IMG/VR virus record: IMGVR_UViG_3300036784_000118
Location: 1-25,045 of that record
DNA length: 25,045 nt
DNA from: a virus
Taxonomy: Duplodnaviria; Caudoviricetes
Direction: 5' to 3' (one strand)
Shown: piece by piece, positions 8,727-15,643 of the stretch
Numbering within the stretch: the first letter of the stretch is position 1
Layout: each line of letters starts with the position of its first letter
Made by a program: the position numbers and the translations under genes
The notes under the pieces: model-generated
The model's database searches: none
The model's input: only the letters and a program-made list of their open reading frames with translations
Told to the model about the DNA's origin: nothing

Positions 8727-9118
8727 CGCATCACCACGTGACGGGCTGAAGATTCGTTGCATGCCGGATCGAGCATCACCGCCACGTAATAGCCCACATT
8801 CGACGGCACCGCGCTCAGGTCTTCAAGGCCGATGAGATAGCCTTGCACCGGTGCACGTGCGCGCGTCACCCGATGCCGGTATGCCGGATGCACGAGATTG
8901 AACATCGCCGTGATCTCGTAAGACACCGTGAGCGCGCTCACCGGCTCCTTGCGTGCGATGAGTTGCACGATGGCACGATAGGCCGCGCCGTGAAGCTCGT
9001 GGCTGAAGTCGTGCGGCCTGAGATGCGGGCAATGGCGGATCATCGCGGGGCTTTTTAGAAGACTCGATAACACGCGCTGTTCGGCACGGGTGCGCCGGTC
9101 GTCTTCGAAGCGGATCAT
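8723..9118 (-). CDS. stand-alone DnaB helicase N-terminal domain protein
   Basis: AEQRVLSSLL...LRPHDFSHELHGAAYRAIVQL...PVSALTV matches the DnaB_N pattern. No ATPase domain is present. Confidence 0.75.
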   Translation of the reverse strand: MIRFEDDRRTRAEQRVLSSLLKSPAMIRHCPHLRPHDFSHELHGAAYRAIVQLIARKEPVSALTVSYEITAMFNLVHPAYRHRVTRARAPVQGYLIGLEDLSAVPSNVGYYVAVMLDPACNESSARHVVMR

Positions 9119-9348
9119 GGCTGCACCTGTGCAATGAGATTTTCGATGTGCGCGGGTAGCACCCGCACGAGCGGTGTGCCTGCCGCGCTGCGAAGAAGCG
9201 AGCCGATGCGCGACATCGCTTCACGTCGCGCGATCAATTCCGAGAACATGAATTCGAGCGCTTCGGCAATCTCGAAACGTTGCGCCATCGTGATCGTGTG
9301 ATCACCATCGCGAAGCATGTCCGCGTGCCGGTCTACAAAGTAGGTCAT
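9115..9348 (-). CDS. hypothetical protein
   Basis: 77 aa with AGGAG RBS and ATGA coupling. Confidence 0.55.
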   Translation of the reverse strand: MTYFVDRHADMLRDGDHTITMAQRFEIAEALEFMFSELIARREAMSRIGSLLRSAAGTPLVRVLPAHIENLIAQVQP

Positions 9349-9360
9349 GCAATGTCTCCT

Positions 9361-10008
9361 TCACTCATCGTCTTCACCGGGCTCGCGCACTTCACCGGTG
9401 TAGATGTGCGGTGATGGCACAAGTGCGGGCATCAGTTCTTCTTCGGTCGCGGGTAGGGCATACCGTTGGCCGTTCTTCCACCGTCCGTGCTCATCGAGTT
9501 GATCACGCGTGCAATGATGCGAAGCACACCACCGCGTGATCGCATCGTTGGCGAAGGCGAGCTTGTGAAGCGGAATCTTTTCATTCGTGTCGGACTCACG
9601 CACGATGCGATAGGCCCACTCGATGCCGGTGAAATTCACGGGCACTTCACTGCGCTGCGCAAGCGGCCTGAGAAGCGCGCGGATTTTCGCAAGGTTCGCT
9701 TCGCCTGCATCGGTCACGATGTGTTCGTGCGTGATGGCCGGGAAGGTGTGCGCGACGTGTGCCGGGTTGATGCGGCAAAGCTCGATGAAGCGCGGCAAAT
9801 CCGGTGCGTGCTTCTCGTGAAGCAAGGCACCATAGCCGCGCCGAAGTGCGTCTTCGTTCAAACCCGTGAGCCCTTCCGCCCATGTCGTTTTTAAATCCGG
9901 CATGGGCACGTCTTGCCACTTGCGCGTGAAGCCATCACCCCAAATCGATAGCATTTTCGCGAAGAGGCGAGTTATCCAATGCTCAGGAATTTTTGATCTT
10001 GCGTGCAT
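9361..10008 (-). CDS. replication protein P-like (putative helicase loader)
   Basis: WITRLFAKMLSIWG..F...W, TWAEGL and APDLPRFIELCR motifs. Follows the initiator gene, with a GGAG RBS before ATG 10008. Confidence 0.6.
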   Translation of the reverse strand: MHARSKIPEHWITRLFAKMLSIWGDGFTRKWQDVPMPDLKTTWAEGLTGLNEDALRRGYGALLHEKHAPDLPRFIELCRINPAHVAHTFPAITHEHIVTDAGEANLAKIRALLRPLAQRSEVPVNFTGIEWAYRIVRESDTNEKIPLHKLAFANDAITRWCASHHCTRDQLDEHGRWKNGQRYALPATEEELMPALVPSPHIYTGEVREPGEDDE

Positions 10009-11023
10009 CACGAATCTCCGTTGCCTGCACATCCACGGTGTGCCCATTCGCTTCATCGAGGTCGGCATATATCGCCGCCGCGATTGCCGATTGCGCCGCT
10101 CTATCGCGCTGATACGGCGTGAGCGTTGGCGGTGATCCGTTGCCGTTGCGCGATGTCTGCACGACTTGCGCGCCGTGTCCGTTTCGCTGCCAGGCTTCGA
10201 GAATCGTGCACACGTAGTTCGCGCTTATCGATTCATCGGGGTGCGTGGCGTGTGCTTCGTCGCACGCTTCAATGACGCGTTCCGGTGTCACGCCTGCATC
10301 GGCAAGTGCCACGATCCGCACATTCGATGGCGAAGCCTTCGCTATGCCGTGGTCCCGCATGATCCGGGTGATCACCGCCGAAGGATTCGGTGGGCAAGCG
10401 GGAGGAGGAGGCCCGCTGTCGGGTTCCGCGCGTGTGCGCGTAGCTGTGCCTCCTCCTCCTTCTTTCCCACTGGGTTTAGGTTTTAGGTTTACTTCCTTCT
10501 CCTTCTCCTTCTCCGTCAGTGAGTGCTCAGTGAGTGATGCATCACAATTGCCCGCATCGCTATGCGTGGCGGCGCTTTGAGGCTCACTGAGTGTTTCAGT
10601 TTTTTCGTCCGCCGAAGCCGCGATTTTTTTGGCTCTTTTTTTCGGTGCGCGCTTGCTCACTGAATGCTCAGTGAGTGCATCACCGTCACGAGCTTCGAAG
10701 CGCGGCACCAAGCCATCTTTCGATGGCCGGTTGATGCGCTGATGTTTCTTGAAACCGTTGATGTGTAAGAAGCGCTGCCCATTCACTGAATACTCAGTGA
10801 GTAGGCCATGAGTGATCAGTGAAACGATGAGCGGCTCCACGTCGATCACATCCGCCGGGAAAATCTGCATTTTCAGTTTTTGCGGTGATCGCGCGAGGTT
10901 GCCGAAGTCATCCGCGAAGTTCCATGTGCCGATGAAAAACAGGCGCACGGGCATCGCGACTTCAACAATTTTTTCATCAGTCCAGTAGTCGGGTTTGATC
11001 GAGCGGATACGCGGCATGATCAT
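9983..11023 (-). CDS. phage replication initiator / replisome organiser
   Basis: N-terminus MPRIRSIKPDYWTDEK...FADDFG, a low-complexity linker containing iteron-like repeats, and C-terminal 'NYVCTILEAW'. Confidence 0.8.
   Translation of the reverse strand: MIMPRIRSIKPDYWTDEKIVEVAMPVRLFFIGTWNFADDFGNLARSPQKLKMQIFPADVIDVEPLIVSLITHGLLTEYSVNGQRFLHINGFKKHQRINRPSKDGLVPRFEARDGDALTEHSVSKRAPKKRAKKIAASADEKTETLSEPQSAATHSDAGNCDASLTEHSLTEKEKEKEVNLKPKPSGKEGGGGTATRTRAEPDSGPPPPACPPNPSAVITRIMRDHGIAKASPSNVRIVALADAGVTPERVIEACDEAHATHPDESISANYVCTILEAWQRNGHGAQVVQTSRNGNGSPPTLTPYQRDRAAQSAIAAAIYADLDEANGHTVDVQATEIRDARKIKNS
10517..10822. repeat. probable replication-origin iterons inside the initiator gene
   Basis: Several direct and inverted copies of CTCAGTGAGT/CTCACTGA near 10517-10536, 10583, 10656-10677 and 10783-10802, with nearby T-tracts. 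Confidence 0.6.
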
Positions 11024-11463
11024 TCACCCGCCGTCACGGTGGCGTGTCTTGCTTCCACGTCACGCACGGCTTCACCGAAGCGCGCGATGATCTCGCGCCA
11101 CTCATCAGGCGTGAATTGCGTTTCGTTGCGCAAAACCTGAAGCGCTTCGCACAGGCTCAGCATGTTCGGCCATGTCGCCGCTCTTTCGAGAAACGCCCCA
11201 TGCATCACGATGCTCACATCCACGCCCGCGCCCACGCTTTCGGGATCGTGCATCATCTCGTGGCATATCTCGCATAAGGTCGCGAGCATCGCGGGATCGT
11301 ATTCCCACGGGTCATGCCCCGCGAGATAGCGCAAGTGATGCACGTGAAGCGTGAATTCATGTGCACGGCAAAGCACGCATCGAAACTGATCACGCTGCAT
11401 CACTTCGAGCCGCATTCTCTGCCACCGTGGATCGCGAAGTTTCGCAAGGTAGGCTTCACTCAT
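11020..11463 (-). CDS. HNH endonuclease domain protein
   Basis: Start MSEAYLAKLRDPRWQRMRLEVMQRDQFRCVLC...LHVHH...TLCEICH. Confidence 0.8.
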   Translation of the reverse strand: MSEAYLAKLRDPRWQRMRLEVMQRDQFRCVLCRAHEFTLHVHHLRYLAGHDPWEYDPAMLATLCEICHEMMHDPESVGAGVDVSIVMHGAFLERAATWPNMLSLCEALQVLRNETQFTPDEWREIIARFGEAVRDVEARHATVTAGE

Positions 11464-11577
11464 GGCGTCACCGTGGCATCGGTGCAAGCCGGTGCATGCG
11501 CGCCGGTCATGTCGTGGGATCGTGTCGCCATGTTGGCCTTCTTCGGATTTTCGGGGATTGGGACAAGCGCGCAATTC

Positions 11578-11615
11578 AGGCTTTGAAGCCTAAATCCCTG
11601 AATGCCGATTTTCAA
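11578..11615 (-). promoter_or_regulatory. sigma70 promoter for the replication operon, with an overlapping palindrome
   Basis: TTGAAA (11615-11610)-17 nt-TAGGCT (11592-11587). The inverted repeat AGGCTT-TG-AAGCCT (11578-11591) covers the -10/+1 region. Confidence 0.55.
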
Positions 11616-11687
11616 TGCCCGATTAAGGCGGGCTTTATGCTTGGATTACTGGCCGGTCATTATTTCGAACCTGATATGAGATTAATA

Positions 11688-11727
11688 TGATCGCCTTTGA
11701 TCGTCTCTGATCGTTAGTGATCGTCTA
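11688..11727 (+). repeat. 10-bp phased TGATCG array 2
   Basis: TGATCG at 11688, 11698, 11708 and 11718. Confidence 0.9.
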
Positions 11728-12112
11728 AATGCACATTCAGTAATTCTTTAATAAGGTGGTCTAGGTGTTTTCACCGATGAAGGAATTACCTGAGTAATTC
11801 ACTAAGGCTTCAGTATTTGCCTTTCCTGATACTGCCGAAAGCGGTGCATAAGCACACACACATAGTGCGTCACCTTTTTTATGCTGCGGTACGGTATGCA
11901 GGAATCCATTCGGAATTCAAACATGTAAGACCCACGCATGTTGCACTGTGCAACACGCCCGCCTTGTGCCTTGCGTGGCGGGTGCTTCGCCGTTCAATCG
12001 TCATGTTAATGATTTACCGCGAGTAAACACAAAAGTGAACACGAGTCGTATTGCGCCGCCGCACGACTTTTCGCGCTTATGTGGGTTCGCATCCTGCGGA
12101 TTGATTGCCGTC

Positions 12113-12140
12113 TTGCATTCGTCTGCCGCCCGCTTACACT
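12113..12140 (+). promoter_or_regulatory. candidate rightward early promoter
   Basis: TTGCAT-16 nt-TACACT upstream of the plus-strand operon. Confidence 0.35.
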
Positions 12141-12319
12141 TCGCAATTCATACAACACACCCAAGCGATCCGCGCGATTCCGAGCGTGGCGGATAGCCCG
12201 ATTTTTATCCATTGATTTAGCGATTTTTTTCGCGCGACTATTTGCGCCGTTCTGGCGTCTGCGGCTTGCCCGCACGGGTCGTTTCACCTTCAGGGCCATG
12301 AGGGTTTCACACGAGCGCG

Positions 12320-12700
12320 ATGATGAAAATTGCGAACATCGTAATTACGTTATGTGTTGGTGATGAAGACGATTATGCACGCGTGCATCAGGCCATCAAC
12401 ACACTTCAGGCGCTGGTGAGCGAGTCATCACACGACACGAAAAAAGTGCCGATCACGGCTCATGAAGACGCTTTCACAGTGAGCGCTTCACACACTCATG
12501 ATCGTGATGCCGTGCTCGCGGCATCCGTTCGCACCCTGCCGATCAAGACGCGTGCGCATCACGCGCTGATGCTGGCGGGCGTGACTACCATTGCGCACCT
12601 TGTGCGTTTAACCCCTAACCAGTTACGCGAGGTGCATGGCATAGGCCGCGCTGCGGCTCACGCCATTGAACGCGCATTGGATGAACTCCATGTGCGCTAA
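12320..12700 (+). CDS. RNA polymerase alpha-CTD-like domain protein
   Basis: The C-terminal SVRTLPIKTRAHHALMLAGVTTIAHLVRLTPNQLREVHGIGRAAAHAIERAL follows the alpha-CTD helix-hairpin-helix pattern. Confidence 0.7.
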   Translation: MMKIANIVITLCVGDEDDYARVHQAINTLQALVSESSHDTKKVPITAHEDAFTVSASHTHDRDAVLAASVRTLPIKTRAHHALMLAGVTTIAHLVRLTPNQLREVHGIGRAAAHAIERALDELHVR

Positions 12701-12736
12701 AACCCCCGGCTGGTTATTTTTCCGATGAGGTGAATC

Positions 12737-13615
12737 ATGGCTACACGAATGAAGAAAGCCGAAGGTGTCGAAGAGCTTGATGTTCTCGAAGTAGAACGCC
12801 GGGTGATCACCGTGGCGGTGTTAGGCCGCACGCCGCTGATTATGAATCGACTCGCGGAAAAGGCCCGCCAGCAATTGCTTTTTCCGCCACCGCCGAAGAC
12901 GCGAGCGGACAAGCAAGCGCACTTGAAGCACGAGCCGTTGCGTGAATTTCGCGATTCCACACACCGCATCCCTGATGAGGCGTGCGCCACTTTGTTAGGA
13001 ATGCCCACGGTGGCATTCAAGGCCGCGATGCGCACCGCCGCGCTTGAGATGCCCGGTGTGAGCAAGGCGCAAATCGGTCGCCTTGTCTTCATCGAAGGTT
13101 TGCTTGTGCCGGTGTACGGCATCCCGCAAATTCATTCCACCGTAGTGCGCATGTCGGACCCTGGCCGCACACCGGACATCCGCACGCGTTGCATCGTGCC
13201 GGAATGGGCGTGCTATGTGTCGGTGTCTTTCCTTGAGCCGCACTTACGCGCGAAGACGGTGGGCAAGTTGCTCGCCGCTGCCGGATTCATCGCGGGTGTA
13301 GGTGACTGGCGAAGCGAGAAAGGCAGTGGCAATTATGGGCAATTCGAGATTGTTGGCGAAGACAATGCCGAGTTTCAAGGGCTCATCGCGAACGGTGGCC
13401 GCGCTGCACAGGTGGCCGCGCTGAATGATCCGGTGCCCTTCGACATCGAAACACAGGAATTGCTTTCGTGGTTCGATGCCGAGCTTGATAGGCGCGGGTA
13501 TCGCAAGGGTGATGGCGATACGGTGAATGCGCCGCCCGCCGCCGCGAATGGTGCGACATCATCGCGCCCGCCGAAGAAAAACGCGGTGCTTCTGCCGCCC
13601 CACGATGCTCACTGA
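12737..13615 (+). CDS. stand-alone Cas7/RAMP-like protein (VIPR-like effector)
   Basis: First-strand motif VLGRTPLIMN, helix motif GMPTVAFKAAMR (compare RAMP iPgsslKGalR), and a Gly-rich loop GVGDWRSEKGSGNYGQFEIV. GAGGTG RBS. No other cas genes are in the window. Confidence 0.75.
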   Translation: MATRMKKAEGVEELDVLEVERRVITVAVLGRTPLIMNRLAEKARQQLLFPPPPKTRADKQAHLKHEPLREFRDSTHRIPDEACATLLGMPTVAFKAAMRTAALEMPGVSKAQIGRLVFIEGLLVPVYGIPQIHSTVVRMSDPGRTPDIRTRCIVPEWACYVSVSFLEPHLRAKTVGKLLAAAGFIAGVGDWRSEKGSGNYGQFEIVGEDNAEFQGLIANGGRAAQVAALNDPVPFDIETQELLSWFDAELDRRGYRKGDGDTVNAPPAAANGATSSRPPKKNAVLLPPHDAH

Positions 13616-13627
13616 AGGAGATAGGCA

Positions 13628-14107
13628 ATGACGACACGCGAGCAAAGTGGCGCGGTGCGTGAGCACCTTCTTTCCCTGTGCGATAAGGCACAAGGCAATC
13701 TCACCGCCGATGCGGTGGTGGCCGAAGCCACGAATGAGGCAAGCCCGCTTCATCACCTTTTCGAGTGGGACGATGCGAAGGCCGCACACGCTCACCGGCT
13801 CGATCAGGCGCGCATTCTGTTGCGCGGCATTCACGTGCGCATAGAAACGCACCGCGAAACGTATGAGGTGCCCGCGTTTTGCCGGAACCCTTCGACATCG
13901 CGCGGATATGCACTGGTGAGTACGCTGAGAAGTGACAAGGCCCGCGCTCGTGAAGCATTGCTTCGTGAGTTCGTGAATGCGCGTGGTGCGCTTGAACGTG
14001 CGCGCTCGATGGCGGTGGCATTGGGTCTCGAAGTCGAGATTGAGCGGCTTCTTTTAGGTGTGCTCGATTTAACGCGCGCCACCGAAGAGGCCGAAGCGCT
14101 TGAGTAA
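13628..14107 (+). CDS. conserved accessory protein between the RAMP gene and the array
   Basis: 159 aa with LTADAVVAEA...SPLHHLFEWDDAKAA..HRLDQARILL and AAGGAG RBS. Its stop codon directly abuts the array. Confidence 0.75.
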   Translation: MTTREQSGAVREHLLSLCDKAQGNLTADAVVAEATNEASPLHHLFEWDDAKAAHAHRLDQARILLRGIHVRIETHRETYEVPAFCRNPSTSRGYALVSTLRSDKARAREALLREFVNARGALERARSMAVALGLEVEIERLLLGVLDLTRATEEAEALE

Positions 14108-14715
14108 GGCAGGCATGGCACGGCAAGGCCGGGTGGTGCGTGGCCCGGTGCGGTAAAGGCATGACAGGCTAGGCGTGGCGGGGCGTGGATGGGTCATGCA
14201 CGGTCAGGCCCGGTGAGGCAGGCTAGGCTTGTCCCGGATGGGCGGATTCCGGTCAGGACTGTTGAGGCAGGCGAGGCGAGGCGTGGCAAGGCGAGCACTG
14301 GCCGGGTGAGACAAGGCGCGGCATGGCAGGCAAGGCAGTGCTAGGCATGCATGGGTGATTCTGGCGAGGCAAGGCAGGCGGGGCAAGGCGTGGGCTGGTA
14401 AGGCGCGGACGGGAAGGGCATGGCGCGGCGCGGTTCGGCAGGCAAGGCCCGGTGCGGATCGGTTAGGCGCGGTCTGGTTCGGCAAGGCGCGGCACGGCGC
14501 GATATGACAGGCATGGCATGGTTCGGATTGTTCTAGCGTGGCACCGGATCGGAATGGCAGGCGGGGCGAGGGTCGGCGTGGTGCTGAGTGTTGCGGTGGT
14601 GCCCGGTCTGCAAAGGCGTGGCGGGGCGTGGGTGGGCAAGGCAGGCGAGGCTGGGGATGGTGCGGTTAGGCGCGTCTGGGCGAGGTTTGGCAGGCATATT
14701 TGAGTAGGCAGGCAT
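14108..14715 (+). ncRNA. GGY-NN pentamer array; putative multi-guide RNA of 10 units
   Basis: About 108 pentamers, about 77 starting with GGC/GGT by manual count. They are split into 10 units of 9-16 pentamers by 4-nt G(G/A)CA punctuation. No credible ORF. Confidence 0.8.
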
Positions 14716-14731
14716 CAGGGAGAAAACTACT

Positions 14732-15643
14732 ATGGATCGCGAAGCATTTTTGACTGAACGAATGAAGGGTATCGGCGGTGCTGATGCTGCGTGTGCATTG
14801 GGTCTTGATCCATACCGCACGCAGCGTGAGCTTTGGTCTCTTAAAACGGGAGAGATTCAAGACGACTTTGAAGATAATCGTTTTACGCGAGCGGGCCGCG
14901 TGCTCGAAGCCGCGATTGCGGATTTATACGCTGAGCAATTCGGCGTGACGTTGCGCAAGCGCATGGTGCCGGTGGTGCATCCGAAGTATCCCTTCATGCG
15001 TGGCAATCTTGATCGAACCATCACCGGACGGCGTTCGGTTCTGGAAATTAAAAACGTTGATTCGCTCGTGCATCGCACATCCGGTGAGTGGGGCGAGCCG
15101 GACACCGATCAGGTGCCACTTCGATACATGGTGCAAATCCGGCATTACTTAATTATCACCGGCTTCGAAGTCGGTTTTTTAGGTGCGCTTGTCGGTGGCA
15201 ATAATTTGCTTCGCTATGTGATCGAACGGGATCACGAAGCCGAAGATTTTATTGTGCAAGCCGAAGCGGACTTCTGGCGCATGGTCGAAAAGCGCGAGCC
15301 GCCTGAGTTCGACTATGCGCACGCGAGCACCTTGGGTTTGCTGAAGCGCCTGCATCCGGGAAGCAATGGATTGAGCAAGCCGCTCAGTGATGAAGCGCTC
15401 GCATGGCATCAGAAGATCGAAGACGCGAGCGCGCAAATCAAGATGCTCGAAGCGCTGAAAGCCGAAGGCAAGTCGCACATCCTGAAAGAGCTTGCGGGTT
15501 ATGGCTTCGGCACGTTCGCGAGCGGTGGCGAGTATCGCTATCGGGAAATTGAGCGTGCGGCCTTCGAGGTGAAGGCGAGCAAGTATCAGGATTTGCGCTT
15601 CTGCAAAAATCAAACGAAGCCCAACACTGCGCGAGGTGCGTGA
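14732..15643 (+). CDS. YqaJ-like (lambda exonuclease family) viral recombination nuclease
   Basis: RMKGIGGADAACALGLDPYRT, G..LE, HPKYPFMRGNLDR, LEIKN and VPLRYMVQIRHY motifs. Confidence 0.92.
   Translation: MDREAFLTERMKGIGGADAACALGLDPYRTQRELWSLKTGEIQDDFEDNRFTRAGRVLEAAIADLYAEQFGVTLRKRMVPVVHPKYPFMRGNLDRTITGRRSVLEIKNVDSLVHRTSGEWGEPDTDQVPLRYMVQIRHYLIITGFEVGFLGALVGGNNLLRYVIERDHEAEDFIVQAEADFWRMVEKREPPEFDYAHASTLGLLKRLHPGSNGLSKPLSDEALAWHQKIEDASAQIKMLEALKAEGKSHILKELAGYGFGTFASGGEYRYREIERAAFEVKASKYQDLRFCKNQTKPNTARGA

Noticed and set aside
338-11690. Numerous plus-strand ORFs opposite the structural and replication genes
   Set aside because: They are antisense shadows typical of high-GC DNA. The minus-strand genes have recognisable motifs and coupled starts and stops.
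11817-12363. ORFs 11817-12026, 11948-12196, 12006-12299 and 12079-12363 as a repressor or cro
   Set aside because: No HTH pattern, poor RBS, and they overlap one another.
14008-14022. Reverse gapped match of unit 7 to ATG GCG GTG GCA TTG in the accessory gene
   Set aside because: Only 5 of 13 dinucleotides match, which is expected by chance.
14108-14715. Canonical CRISPR array or simple microsatellite
   Set aside because: There are no 25-45 nt identical repeats with unique spacers. It is also not a homogeneous satellite, because NN varies and the phase shifts are regular.
14204-14860. ORFs 14204-14485(-), 14518-14703(+), 14533-14820(-) and 14666-14860(-)
   Set aside because: These are low-complexity or antisense shadow translations of the array and the yqaJ start, with no RBS.
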